From the IMG/VR virus record IMGVR_UViG_3300050019_000176, positions 11,522 through 75,521 of that record: a stretch of 64,000 nt of DNA; one strand, given 5' to 3'. Below, piece after piece: positions 13,041 to 23,265 of this stretch. The notes beneath the pieces were generated by a model. That model had not been told where the DNA came from. It ran no database searches and saw only the letters and a list, made by a program, of their open reading frames with translations. The stretch is from a virus. Within the stretch, counting starts at the first letter, position 1; each line of letters starts with the position of its first letter. The position numbers were made by a program, and so were the translations under genes.

Positions 13041-16000
13041 AGCGACTTCTCATATTCTGTCTCGCGGCTTCAACTTTCTATGGTCAGGGAATAATTTCTG
13101 GTGGCAGAGTTACGAGTGCGGGAACTGCGCCGGTGGGCATCCCGACGCTTGCCACGTTCAACCTGACCGACCTTTTCAACGCTGCATGGCCCGATCAGCC
13201 TATAGAGTTCCGGTACGACGGGGGTCTGCCTCCATCAGGGACAACGCGCATGGTCGTTGGCGGGACGGAGGTGCCTTACCAGTGGGCCTCGACCTGCGCC
13301 GACCCCAATGCCACTAGCGGGTGCATTGTGGTGCGTGGAGCGTTGGCAGCAAACGCAAACTCAACTTGGACGTTACAAGCCAAGAGCGTGCCGCTGTCCA
13401 GCCCCACGAATCCGGCAGTCGTAGCAACAGTCGGAAACAATCTAGAGGTGACCAACGGGTTAACAGGAGTTCGCATCGTTACTGCGGCAGCGAACGGAAC
13501 GCCCTGGAACAAGGCTCCGATTCAGGGGATTCTGTTGGCTGATGCGACTACGTGGACTGGGGCTGGTGGATCTCCCAATCTCCTTTACTCTGAGCCAAGC
13601 AACCAAGCGGGGAATGTTGGGTGGCCACTTCGCACTCCGATGTACGCGGCCACAGGCTACAGCGCCGCCGTGACCGATGCCGGCCCACTGAAAGTGGTAG
13701 TGACGGCCACGTACACGTTCAATCGACCTCAGTATTCCTATGGCGCTGTCATTATCAACACCGCAGGTGCGGGACACTACACAGCGGTCATTACGCTCTA
13801 CGCGAATTCCAAGTCGATTCTGATCGACGAGGATTCTGATATGCAGTTCGCTTACTACCTGCCGATGTATGCCCAACTGACACCAGACATTGCGCGCTGG
13901 CGGGGCCACGATTCGCTTTCGGGGGCAGGAGTAAGCGATTCGATGTGCGGGTACGAGAGCGCTGATGCAGTTTCAGGCGCGACGAACGCCACGCCTATCG
14001 TCGTCAGCGCTCCGTCCAGTCTATCGAACGGTCAGCCTGTCCTGATCGCTAGTGTTGGAGGGAATACCGCTGCCAACGGTAAATTCTATGCGAAAACAAC
14101 CAGCTACTCTGCTGGTCAGTTCGCGCTGTATTCCGACGCTAACCTCACTGTCCCAATCGCGGGGACCGGGAACTTCACAAGCGGCGGAGTTGTCAAGCCC
14201 GCATATCGGGGGCAAACTCTTTACCCAACTCCAGACGCCTACTTGGACCTGACCTACTCAGGGGACAGACCTGCTTCATATACTTGCAGTGGCACTGACC
14301 TGTCCGGTCCAACCTACAAAAAACTCTTGACCGACTACCCGGCCGCAGCTCATAGCTCTGGCTGGTACTCGATACTCTACAATTCCACTGGAAACTCGGC
14401 CTCGCCAGTGGTTGGCTTTTACACGGGACGGGCATCGCAGCAGGTGCGCTCGGCGCCCGGACCCTCGATGCCTGGCATCTATACCAGCAACAGTCACTGG
14501 ATTACGAGTAGCCAGGATGCCGGAATTCAGATAGACAATCTGCTGCGTGGCCCGGACGCTACGCTCGCGCCTCTAGTTCATCGCAATTGGGCGATTTGGG
14601 TGAGCACCAAAGCTGACCTCTTGGCGCCAGCCGCTCACCAACCAATCGCGGACGATCAGAACAGCCTAACCGGGATCAACCTGTCCAGGCTCTACACTTA
14701 TCAACTAGCATTCCCCGATCCGGCTACTGGGTGGAATTGGCAGTACTTGACCTCCGCCGCTGCAAGCCAGCTTGTTGGTTGGGTGCGGGATGGAACCTCC
14801 AAGTGCGGATCGACGACTTGCTACTACACGCTTCTGTACAATTCTGAGACTTCGACCTGGGGGCGCGGCCTCCTGGACATGTGGAAAGGGAATAGTTCGG
14901 CGGCTGTCCAGACGATGCTCAACGCAGCAACCACGTTTGGGCAGAGGATGGTCAACAACTTCACGTCCGGGGACAACCACTTCGACGCGGCCTTGCATTA
15001 CTACCAGCTTGGCCTGACAACCTCTCCCGCAACGGCAGTGCTTAACGCCATCCTAATGGACTCCAACAGCACGGTGGCACAGAAGCGAACCGCGAAGGCT
15101 TGCCTAGCACTCTTTGGCTCAGTCTTCTGGGACAACGATTGGTTCCCCATCGACAACGCCAGCGGCGAGAGCGTTGGCTTGGCCAATCAGATCCAGCAGT
15201 ATTTGCAGTACCGGGCGCAGTCGGCAGCAGTGATCCCCTCGAATCCGTTTTTGGCGACGAAGCTGGCCCAGGGGAAGGCATCTGTGCTGTCGGACCTTGC
15301 TACAGAATTCAGTGCGACAGGAGCGGCTGGAGCTTCTACACACTACCAGGGCACGTACTTCCAGCCCCTGTATCTGAATTACCAGAACCTATCACTCATC
15401 GGGGAGGAGACGTTCGCCGGGTCCCGCTGGATTCCCTACGCCCAGTGGGAACTCTCGATCCAGACCCCACCAGAGCCACGCTTCGGAAATCTCCGAAAGG
15501 GCTACAGCAACGGTGATGGGAACACAGAAGCGGATGTCCGAACGGGAATGCTGGCGACGGGGATAAACTCTGTAAATCCGACCCTGGCCGGGAATCTAAT
15601 ATGGGCCTGGAATCAGTCAAATAGGGCTGCTATGCTGACCGAAGATATGCAGTTTGTGACTACCATTCCGACCATCGACGTTACCATCACTCCGGTCACG
15701 CCAACTCTCGGCAGCATCAATATCCCTGGCTATCACACGGCAGAACGACACAGTTTTGGCACTGCGAACGAGACAGCACTCTGGTTCATTAATGGAGGCT
15801 TCTACGCGACTGGGGGGCACCGGCACTATGACGATGGTCAGGTAAGCATCTATGCTCATGCCGCTCCATTGGCTATCGACTGGAATGCGAATTTGTACTC
15901 GCCGGATACGCCGGGCCGGTTCATGCATGACTCGATCGTCTACGACTCAGAGCGCATCCCGGCGTGGAGTGACGATAACCCATCCCCAGACGAAGTCTCA

Positions 16001-16951
16001 ACGCTGTTTTCCTCACCAACCAATACGGAGTACGAAGGGTTCACCAGATCCACGCATTCCACGGCGACGTTCACCAAGGCCGACTCTACCATTTGGACTC
16101 GCAACGTTCGCATGATGGCGTTTAACGCGAGCTACCCGATCATCTATGTGGCCGATTCGTTCTCCGGGACCAGTGCGGCAGCAGCGAAGACGCTCACGTG
16201 GAACCTGATGGCCACCGGCGCAGTAACAACGCCCTCTGGCTCCGTGACGCCCACCGCTCGATTCAGCACGGGCTGTCAGTCACCGGCTGGAGCGCTCCCG
16301 TCCAACGGTACGATCTACAATCTGGGGTCCGGGCTCCAACCGTTCAGCTTCACGGGCTACACGTGGGCGCAACACGCTACGGGTGGAATCAACTGGGATC
16401 TGCTGACGCTTTCCGCCGTGACCTCGCAGCAGTTCTTGATCGGTGATTGGGGACATGGATGTCACTCGGGGCGCGAGACTGGCGAATACAGTACCGCCAA
16501 CTCCGCATCGTTCGCGGAGAAGCAACACATCCTGCGGGTCCACGATACCGGACCGTTCACGACGATCATCCTGCCGTACCGCAAGACCGAGACTCCCACG
16601 CGGACGATCACCAGCGAAACGTGCGGGACGCAGATCGTACAGGGCAGCGAGACAACGTGTTTTGACGGTGCCCACGCCACCTGGACGGATCAGACGAACA
16701 GCAACTTGTCGGTGTACGACAACTCAACGCAGACGGCCTTCGGCACCACGGCGGTCGGTGGGCCACAAGAGGTAACCATCACGCCATCTCAGATCGTGTG
16801 GACGATCAGCGGGGCGGCATCGGGCGACCGGAGCCTGACATTGACGGGCACCTGGACGCCAACGCCATCGGTGCCGAAGGTTGGCGGGACGTACACATAC
16901 ACATTTGCGGGTGGATTGCAGGCCGCGCCTGTGACCATTACGTTCAATTGA
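13037..16951 (+). CDS. Large secreted polysaccharide lyase-like protein (heparinase II/III-type C-terminal domain)
   Basis: Signal peptide MKRLLIFCLAASTFYGQ; helical middle region; GHRHYDDGQVSIYAHAAPLAIDW..Y..HDSIVYD resembles the heparinase II/III HxHxD..HN motif. Confidence 0.7.
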   Translation: MKRLLIFCLAASTFYGQGIISGGRVTSAGTAPVGIPTLATFNLTDLFNAAWPDQPIEFRYDGGLPPSGTTRMVVGGTEVPYQWASTCADPNATSGCIVVRGALAANANSTWTLQAKSVPLSSPTNPAVVATVGNNLEVTNGLTGVRIVTAAANGTPWNKAPIQGILLADATTWTGAGGSPNLLYSEPSNQAGNVGWPLRTPMYAATGYSAAVTDAGPLKVVVTATYTFNRPQYSYGAVIINTAGAGHYTAVITLYANSKSILIDEDSDMQFAYYLPMYAQLTPDIARWRGHDSLSGAGVSDSMCGYESADAVSGATNATPIVVSAPSSLSNGQPVLIASVGGNTAANGKFYAKTTSYSAGQFALYSDANLTVPIAGTGNFTSGGVVKPAYRGQTLYPTPDAYLDLTYSGDRPASYTCSGTDLSGPTYKKLLTDYPAAAHSSGWYSILYNSTGNSASPVVGFYTGRASQQVRSAPGPSMPGIYTSNSHWITSSQDAGIQIDNLLRGPDATLAPLVHRNWAIWVSTKADLLAPAAHQPIADDQNSLTGINLSRLYTYQLAFPDPATGWNWQYLTSAAASQLVGWVRDGTSKCGSTTCYYTLLYNSETSTWGRGLLDMWKGNSSAAVQTMLNAATTFGQRMVNNFTSGDNHFDAALHYYQLGLTTSPATAVLNAILMDSNSTVAQKRTAKACLALFGSVFWDNDWFPIDNASGESVGLANQIQQYLQYRAQSAAVIPSNPFLATKLAQGKASVLSDLATEFSATGAAGASTHYQGTYFQPLYLNYQNLSLIGEETFAGSRWIPYAQWELSIQTPPEPRFGNLRKGYSNGDGNTEADVRTGMLATGINSVNPTLAGNLIWAWNQSNRAAMLTEDMQFVTTIPTIDVTITPVTPTLGSINIPGYHTAERHSFGTANETALWFINGGFYATGGHRHYDDGQVSIYAHAAPLAIDWNANLYSPDTPGRFMHDSIVYDSERIPAWSDDNPSPDEVSTLFSSPTNTEYEGFTRSTHSTATFTKADSTIWTRNVRMMAFNASYPIIYVADSFSGTSAAAAKTLTWNLMATGAVTTPSGSVTPTARFSTGCQSPAGALPSNGTIYNLGSGLQPFSFTGYTWAQHATGGINWDLLTLSAVTSQQFLIGDWGHGCHSGRETGEYSTANSASFAEKQHILRVHDTGPFTTIILPYRKTETPTRTITSETCGTQIVQGSETTCFDGAHATWTDQTNSNLSVYDNSTQTAFGTTAVGGPQEVTITPSQIVWTISGAASGDRSLTLTGTWTPTPSVPKVGGTYTYTFAGGLQAAPVTITFN

Positions 16952-17002
16952 GGGCCGCGCTGCCCAGCGGGGAATGGGCAGAATGGAAGTGAGGTAAAGA
17001 CG

Positions 17003-17428
17003 ATGATTATCAGAGCAGCAGACGGAACACTCAGTTACACGAAGGCGGATGGCACGGTAGTCAGTGCCGGGATCTTCGACGAAGCGAAGTACGCCCAACT
17101 GGAAGAGATGGAGACCGTGGAGTCGGGACAGGAACTTCTCAACCAAACCAACCTCAACAACTACAACCGCGACCTCGCCAATGCCCAGGAGTCGGTGGAC
17201 ACAGGTCGGTCGGCCATGGCACCCACAAAGCCGGTTAGGGGCGTCTTGAACTACGACACCGGGAAGATTGTCCCGGCGGATTGGGTACCCCCACTGAAGG
17301 ATCTGGTTCAGCCGGCCACGCCGAACGCGCCGAGCAGCGGACTGATCGCGGTGCCGACCGTCAATGAGGCGCACTTGACGTACCTCATGGTCAAGGCGCT
17401 ATACGCCAAACAGTTCCCTGGAGCGTAA
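17003..17428 (+). CDS. Hypothetical protein
   Basis: RBS GAGGT, 141 aa. Confidence 0.7.
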   Translation: MIIRAADGTLSYTKADGTVVSAGIFDEAKYAQLEEMETVESGQELLNQTNLNNYNRDLANAQESVDTGRSAMAPTKPVRGVLNYDTGKIVPADWVPPLKDLVQPATPNAPSSGLIAVPTVNEAHLTYLMVKALYAKQFPGA

Positions 17429-17432
17429 ACCA

Positions 17433-17759
17433 ATGGGACTGCTTGACGGAACAGTGAAAGACCTCTCCTCCGAAGTTGTCACGCCCGCTCTGGACAAGGT
17501 TCGCACGGAGACTATCCCGGCACTGGGTTCGATGATCAACGCCGAGTTGACTGCCGCCATAGCCCAGACATCGAACGTCATCCAGGGGGCCGAAATCGGG
17601 CTTCAGGCGACAGTGGACAGCGCACTGATGAAACTGTCACCGGTCATTGCGCTGGCGACCGCCTTCCAGCCCGTGGCCGCGGATATCCACGCGCTGCTGG
17701 CGAAGCTAAATGCTGGTGAGACGGTGGAGATCACCGTGCGTCTGGGAGGGAAGGCGTGA
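17433..17759 (+). CDS. Hypothetical amphipathic helical protein
   Basis: 108-aa ORF in operon. Confidence 0.65.
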   Translation: MGLLDGTVKDLSSEVVTPALDKVRTETIPALGSMINAELTAAIAQTSNVIQGAEIGLQATVDSALMKLSPVIALATAFQPVAADIHALLAKLNAGETVEITVRLGGKA

Positions 17760-18232
17760 GACTCCTGCTAATCTCGCTCATGGCATCTATCTGCCTTGCC
17801 CAGGCCCCCGCTCCCGTCACCCTTCCCGCCAACTGGGTGGGGGTGGGCGCGGGGTACACGGCGGGCGCCGTCCCGCCCGTCAACGGGTGGGCCAGTTATG
17901 CCACGCTGATCTCCACCAAAGGCCAAATCTACTCGTTCTCGTCCTACGACTTGATGGCCTCGGCGACCGCCCCACACAATATCACTACCACTGCCCGAAC
18001 AGGCTTCGCTACACTCTTGCGCACCTGGGGTCCAGTATACGTCCTCGGGTTCGGCACGGCCGGCGTAGCGGCCTCTGGGACGGCGACCACCGGAGCATTC
18101 AGCGGCGGAGGCATCGCCGTCCTGAAGATTGGCAAGACCGCTTGGACAATCGAGGGCGGATGGCGCGTGGCCAAGACACCGATGAACGGGACGCAGAACG
18201 TCTACGAATTCGGAACCGGGAGGACGTTCTAA
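17756..18232 (+). CDS. Putative small outer-membrane beta-barrel protein
   Basis: Signal peptide ending AQ, alternating amphipathic strands, C-terminal YEFGTGRTF. Confidence 0.65.
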   Translation: MRLLLISLMASICLAQAPAPVTLPANWVGVGAGYTAGAVPPVNGWASYATLISTKGQIYSFSSYDLMASATAPHNITTTARTGFATLLRTWGPVYVLGFGTAGVAASGTATTGAFSGGGIAVLKIGKTAWTIEGGWRVAKTPMNGTQNVYEFGTGRTF

Positions 18233-18326
18233 TGAAACCCGCGGCGTACTGTCACCATCCACCGTGGATGTGGTGTCCGGGATGCGATCCGAGGCGCGTC
18301 CTGGCCCCGCCGCCGAAGGCAAAACG

Positions 18327-18683
18327 ATGAACTGGTACAAGCGAATTCAACCTGTGAGCGCACGGGATCTCGATGACCTGGAACGAAGGGTGAATAAAAT
18401 TATGGCTACACAACAGGAACAAATCAACGCAATCGCAACCGAACTGTCCGCGACCAAACTGGTTGTGGACAAGACCGCAACGAACGTATCCGTCATCAAA
18501 ACCGGCATCGACAGCCTGAAGTTAAGCGTGGCGGACCTGCAACAGAAAGTGCTGGATCTGCAAGCGCAGAACCCGGCATTGGACCTGACGGCCCTCCAGG
18601 CTGCGGCGAACGCCGTATCGGACGATGTGGCAGGCGTGGAGACGGCAACCGAATCGACGGTGGCCGACCTTCCGGTCGCGTAA
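18327..18683 (+). CDS. Coiled-coil hypothetical protein
   Basis: Heptad pattern. Confidence 0.65.
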   Translation: MNWYKRIQPVSARDLDDLERRVNKIMATQQEQINAIATELSATKLVVDKTATNVSVIKTGIDSLKLSVADLQQKVLDLQAQNPALDLTALQAAANAVSDDVAGVETATESTVADLPVA

Positions 18684-18694
18684 AAGAGGCAACC

Positions 18695-18880
18695 ATGTCG
18701 CCTATCCTGTATTTTCTCTGCGTTCTGACCCTGGTGCTGCTGTTCTTCGCGGCACTGGGGCAGACTTTCTGGTGGCGTCCCCAAGGCCAGCCATGGCACG
18801 GGAACGCCACCTTCGCTTGGGGCGTGTTCTTCCTTGCCGTCTACATCACGTGGCCGACACTCAAAGCGATGGGGGTGTAA
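18695..18880 (+). CDS. Small 2-TM membrane protein
   Basis: Two hydrophobic helices, RBS AAGAGG. Confidence 0.7.
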   Translation: MSPILYFLCVLTLVLLFFAALGQTFWWRPQGQPWHGNATFAWGVFFLAVYITWPTLKAMGV

Positions 18881-18882
18881 TC

Positions 18883-19041
18883 GTGCTTCTTTTACTGATC
18901 GTGCTTCTTCTGTTGTTCGGCGTTCCCGGTTGGCGCTACGGCGGTCCAGGGATCAGCCTCGGTGCTATCGTGTTCATCCTGGTGATCTGGTGGCTGGTTA
19001 TGGGGTTCCCCGGATACCCCGGCCACTACTATCACTGGTAA
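18883..19041 (+). CDS. Small membrane protein (DUF3309-like)
   Basis: LLLIVLLLLFGVPGWRYGGPGISLGAIVFILVIWWL. Confidence 0.6.
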   Translation: MLLLLIVLLLLFGVPGWRYGGPGISLGAIVFILVIWWLVMGFPGYPGHYYHW

Positions 19042-19047
19042 ACCGGT

Positions 19048-19899
19048 ATGGGTGACAGGGACTACGTTCAGCGGACGGTGGCGGTGACCACCGTCTGCGC
19101 GCTGTTGTTGGCCAGTGTGTCTGGCGGCCTGATCATGGCGCAAAATAAAGCCGAGATCAGCGCCGCCGACCTCAAGGATCGGATGGTTCTGATGCAGAAG
19201 ACCATCGACGATGGAAAGGCAGAGCGCGCCCGTATGACTGCGGAACTGGCCAAGGCGAACGCAGCCGCAGCGAGGAATACGCAGACTCTGCGGAGTGTGG
19301 AGGGTATCACCGTAGCAATGAAGGGTGAGGTACTAGCCCGTCAACAGGCCGACGCGCAGGCGAAGCAGGAGCAACTTGTAAAAGATACAGCAGCCGCCGC
19401 ATTGGCAGCGAAGAGTGCGGCGGATTCCACGCATTCCCAAAATGCCGCGCTCCTGATCGTCCAGAGTTTCATGCTTCTGACGCTCATCATCACCATCGGG
19501 GAGAGACTCTGGAACCGCAGAGACGAGCGCCACACTAGGGAGGTCAACCATCAGTGGCAGGTGGCGGCGACGGATCGTGAAAAAAATATCGTGACAGGTA
19601 TTGGGCAGATCCATACGCTGGTGAATAGCGGTTACACGCTGGTGTTGGAGAACACCCTGAAAGCGTTCAAGGCCACACTGGTGTCGTTGCAGAGCAATCT
19701 TTCCCTACTCAAGGCTGCGTCTGGCTCAAGCGCCGAAGACATCGGTTCGGTAACGATGCAAATAGGAGACACTTGGACGAACATCGCTGATCTGACAAAG
19801 CAACTAGCGGAACGACAACAGCAGACAGACGATGCGGCAACCAGGCTGGAGATCGACAAGAAAAATATCGAGAACCACGCACCATTGGTGGTGAATTAA
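19048..19899 (+). CDS. Membrane coiled-coil protein (possible lysis accessory)
   Basis: N-terminal TM/signal, coiled coil, second TM, QIHTLVNS motif. Confidence 0.7.
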   Translation: MGDRDYVQRTVAVTTVCALLLASVSGGLIMAQNKAEISAADLKDRMVLMQKTIDDGKAERARMTAELAKANAAAARNTQTLRSVEGITVAMKGEVLARQQADAQAKQEQLVKDTAAAALAAKSAADSTHSQNAALLIVQSFMLLTLIITIGERLWNRRDERHTREVNHQWQVAATDREKNIVTGIGQIHTLVNSGYTLVLENTLKAFKATLVSLQSNLSLLKAASGSSAEDIGSVTMQIGDTWTNIADLTKQLAERQQQTDDAATRLEIDKKNIENHAPLVVN

Positions 19900-19950
19900 G
19901 TTGAGATATTGGGAGAAATCCCGTGAGACGTTTTACGTCAATTTACGTCA

Positions 19951-20334
19951 ATGACTTTTACCCGCGTTAAAATCTTGGCATTGTCCGGATCTCTGATCTG
20001 GATGGGACTGGCGTTTTCCCAGTCAACGAGAAACTCCCTAAGTACTCAGGATCGTATTCAGGATCTCAACGATAAACTCCAGGATCATCTAGTGACTGCC
20101 GAAGGCAAGATCGCCGAAGTGTCCGACCTGCAACGTAGGGTGAACATCATAGAGGCTGGAGCCAGGGCAGACCGGCTGGATGCCCGCGTGGCGCGCATAG
20201 AATCCAACGTAGAAAGCCTTCACTCGATGTTCTGGGGAATCCTGATTCCTGTTATGCTGATGGGGGCTGAGGCGATCATGCGGTTGATCGTAGCGGCACA
20301 GTCGGCCACAAAAAAACGGCTCGGCTCGGGGTGA
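19951..20334 (+). CDS. Membrane coiled-coil protein (possible holin/spanin-like)
   Basis: Signal/TM, coiled coil, C-terminal TM. Confidence 0.65.
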   Translation: MTFTRVKILALSGSLIWMGLAFSQSTRNSLSTQDRIQDLNDKLQDHLVTAEGKIAEVSDLQRRVNIIEAGARADRLDARVARIESNVESLHSMFWGILIPVMLMGAEAIMRLIVAAQSATKKRLGSG

Positions 20335-20357
20335 TGTCTTGGACAAGACATTGGACA
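20335..20357. repeat. Dispersed palindrome copy 3
   Basis: TGTCTTGGACAAGACA-TTGGACA. Confidence 0.9.
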
Positions 20358-20749
20358 TTTTCGAAGACGTCGAGACACTTCCAGCCATTTCCCCTACGGC
20401 CGAACCACCGGCCAAGAAGAAGCGCTGGTCCCGGAAGAGTCTGCAACGGGAACTGGACTCCAGGACCGCGGAGAAACTCCCTGATGTCCTCGATGCCGCA
20501 CTCAGCAAGGCACTGACGCTCATCAATGGCAACAACGAGAAGGCGGCCACCGCCCTGATCAGCGTGGTGTTCGAAGCCGCTGGGTTGAAGCAGCGCACCG
20601 GGATGACGGTGAACGTGCAGCAGAACAACTCCAATGGCGTCGGCGCTGGCACTAACTTCCGATCTATCGACTCCATCATCCGGGCGCGGGAGCAGGCAGC
20701 GCAGAGAGCCTCGGAGCAGATCATCGATGTGACCCCGGAGAGGAGGTAG
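20339..20749 (+). CDS. Probable terminase small subunit
   Basis: Directly upstream of terL; helical; VNVQQNN and C-terminal IIDVTP tail. Confidence 0.6.
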   Translation: MDKTLDIFEDVETLPAISPTAEPPAKKKRWSRKSLQRELDSRTAEKLPDVLDAALSKALTLINGNNEKAATALISVVFEAAGLKQRTGMTVNVQQNNSNGVGAGTNFRSIDSIIRAREQAAQRASEQIIDVTPERR

Positions 20750-20753
20750 ACCC

Positions 20754-22979
20754 TTGGGCTCGATCGTCACCCCGCGCGGCCCGCTGATCAAGGTCGCCCA
20801 GTACATCCCCGCCGGCCGAGATCTGGAAGTCTACTCCCGCCTCGAATACTTCGACCAACCAAACCTAAAAAACCAGTGGGACCGCCTATCTAAGAAGGAC
20901 CTGAATTGGATCGACGAAGAGGTTGGCCGTATCCAGGACGGGTTCAAGGGGTTCGTCTACGCTGCCCGCAACTACTTCTGGATCAAAACCAAGAAACAGG
21001 GAGAACAGTTATTCTCCCTGTGGCCGTCACAGGAACTGCTGCTCGAAGTATTGACCGAGATGCGGAACAAGGGCCTTCCGCAGAAGGTCATGATCATCAA
21101 GTCTCGGAAACTCGGGTATTCCACGCTCATCGAAGCGCTGCTTGCTTGGCGGACGATGTTTTTCACCAACCAGGAGGGCATGGTGGTCTCGTTCGACCCG
21201 GAGAGTGCCGCCTACCTGTTCGGCATCATGCAGTTGATCTATGACCGGATGCCGTGGTTCCTGAAACCCATGTGCTCGTCTCGCGAGTTCAAGGAAGGGC
21301 TGAAGTTCGAGAACCCCAACTACAAGGGCCGCGGCGATGACCCCGGGCTAAACTCTCTGATCACCGTCCAGGGAGCCAACAAGAAGACCGGTATCGGACA
21401 GGGAATGACACTTTCTGGCGTGCATTTTTCGGAATTCTGTGATGTAGATGACAAGCAATGCAAGCAGATTATCCAGGAAGATATGGGTAACGCTCTCGGG
21501 CAAGGGCCGGGAGTATTCGCTATCCTCGAATCGACGGCGAAGGGTGCTGGCAGGTATGCCCACTGGCTCTGGATGAAGATGTGCGAGTTGGGAGAGAGGG
21601 CGGACTGGCGACCGGAGTTCTTCCCGTCCTTCTTCGATGCTGAGAATTTCCTGGCACCTCCCGGAGGGTGGCAACCGGAGGACAATGAGGCCGGCATCCG
21701 CGCCCAGGCGGCGCAGGAGTGGGTGCGTTGCAATGCCGCAGACTGTCTGCGGTATCAGCGCCGCTACCTGTCCGGGGAAGACCGCAACCAGACGACGTGC
21801 CCATCGTGCGGCGTCGGTGTACTCCAGGACCTGCTAGTGACCAACGGGTTCCTATACTGGATGGAGCGGAAGCGCAAGAACGCCGAAGGGGATGCCGAGT
21901 CGTTATCACTACTTTGGCAAGAACAAGCTGTCACCGCAAGTGATGCGTTTGTGGTGAGTGGCAACCCGGTTTTCCCTGCCGAAGCGCAGAAGTGGGCGGC
22001 GTCGAAGTGCACTGACAACTACGTCGAGGTCTTCATCTCCGCTGACGGGCACTTCCACGGTGTGCACCCCAAGCACAATCATTGTATCGATGCTGACTGC
22101 GAGGAAGACCACAGTTTCGACCGGCGCCCCATCAAACTGTATGAGTTGCCGATCCCCGGTGCGCGGTACGTCTGCGGGGGAGATCCATCCCACGGGAACG
22201 GCGGCGAGGCCGACTACTTCGTGGGTTCAGTGATTCGAGTGCCATCGCAGGGTGCCGATATCCAGGTAGCCGTCGCCCGGGCGAACGACATCGACCCGAC
22301 GGATCAGGCGATGATACTGAACTACTTGGGGCGTCACTACAACGATGCGTTGATGGCGGTGGAAGCAAACAAGTTGGATGTCGTCGCCAGCGATCTTCGG
22401 ACGAAGTGGAACTACCCTAACCTGTACAAGGAGCGAAACCGGTCCACCGGCCAGCCGACTGGCAGGTTCTGCTGGATCACCGATGAAAAGAGTAAGCCGG
22501 CGATCTACCTGCACATGAAGCGGTGGCTTCGCCTGCACCTGTTCGAACCGCGGTCCCGCAACTTCGCCGAGGAGATGAAGTTCTTCCGGAAGGAGGATAC
22601 TGAATCAGACAAGGCCGGCGCGATCCGGAAGTTCAAAGACGACGAGGTGATGGCGTCGTGTGTGGCTCTGTACGTTGCCCACTCCGACGACTGGGATGAG
22701 AACCTGGGGATGATCCGGATTCAGCAGGCGATCACCAACGAGAACTGCACTTGGCACATGTCGTGTGATGCCTGCGGTTTCCATTGGCCTTCCAACGACA
22801 TTGCGGCGGAGAAAGCCTGTGGACAGTGTGGGTCGATGTGTTTCTCGGCGCGGCAGAACCCCGAGTACAAGAAGCCGGAGGAGGAGCCCGCTGAGGAGGA
22901 CTTCTTTGCGGAGTTGAACCGAATGCTCAAGACGACAGACGACACCGACCCCAACAACCCGGACTACGCTCTACTCTGA
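20754..22979 (+). CDS. terL: Terminase large subunit
   Basis: Q motif LWPSQ, Walker A IIKSRKLGYST, Walker B VHFSE, coupling ESTAKG, nuclease GGDPS/AVEAN/DDEVMA. Confidence 0.95.
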   Translation: MGSIVTPRGPLIKVAQYIPAGRDLEVYSRLEYFDQPNLKNQWDRLSKKDLNWIDEEVGRIQDGFKGFVYAARNYFWIKTKKQGEQLFSLWPSQELLLEVLTEMRNKGLPQKVMIIKSRKLGYSTLIEALLAWRTMFFTNQEGMVVSFDPESAAYLFGIMQLIYDRMPWFLKPMCSSREFKEGLKFENPNYKGRGDDPGLNSLITVQGANKKTGIGQGMTLSGVHFSEFCDVDDKQCKQIIQEDMGNALGQGPGVFAILESTAKGAGRYAHWLWMKMCELGERADWRPEFFPSFFDAENFLAPPGGWQPEDNEAGIRAQAAQEWVRCNAADCLRYQRRYLSGEDRNQTTCPSCGVGVLQDLLVTNGFLYWMERKRKNAEGDAESLSLLWQEQAVTASDAFVVSGNPVFPAEAQKWAASKCTDNYVEVFISADGHFHGVHPKHNHCIDADCEEDHSFDRRPIKLYELPIPGARYVCGGDPSHGNGGEADYFVGSVIRVPSQGADIQVAVARANDIDPTDQAMILNYLGRHYNDALMAVEANKLDVVASDLRTKWNYPNLYKERNRSTGQPTGRFCWITDEKSKPAIYLHMKRWLRLHLFEPRSRNFAEEMKFFRKEDTESDKAGAIRKFKDDEVMASCVALYVAHSDDWDENLGMIRIQQAITNENCTWHMSCDACGFHWPSNDIAAEKACGQCGSMCFSARQNPEYKKPEEEPAEEDFFAELNRMLKTTDDTDPNNPDYALL

Positions 22980-23264
22980 GGTGTCCAAATGTCCAATGTC
23001 TTGTGTAAGACATTGGCGCTTCTTCATGATCCGGAGCACCAGATCTTGTGGAGAAACTTCAAACGCTCCAGATGCCACAGCCTTGGTGCGCTTAGAAAGG
23101 CAGATATCGAAGTGCTCCCATGGGGTTCCGGCCTTCTGTATCCACTTCCTCTGGACGCCGATTCGGTCCACCATAGATAATAATTCATCTCTGGTGTCGG
23201 CGATCATGTGGCACATCACCATCCGGCCAAAGGAAGCACCGTAATTATCCACGTATACGGACAA
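22971..23264 (-). CDS. DUF4031-family protein
   Basis: MSVYVD..GRMVMCHMIADTRDELL..IGVQRKWIQ..HFDI..KR..AV..GA. Confidence 0.85.
   Translation of the reverse strand: MSVYVDNYGASFGRMVMCHMIADTRDELLSMVDRIGVQRKWIQKAGTPWEHFDICLSKRTKAVASGAFEVSPQDLVLRIMKKRQCLTQDIGHLDTSE
22982..23012. repeat. Dispersed palindrome copy 4
   Basis: TGTCCAAA-TGTCCAA-TGTCTTGTGTAAGACA (1 mismatch). Confidence 0.9.
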
Positions 23265-23265
23265 T

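Noticed and set aside
19931-19951. Direct repeat TTTACGTCAA x2 upstream of 19951
   Set aside because: Single occurrence with no second site noticed, so it is insufficient to call an operator.
21700-22150. Intein in terL
   Set aside because: The inserts are short and Cys-rich, with no recognisable intein splicing blocks or endonuclease motifs.
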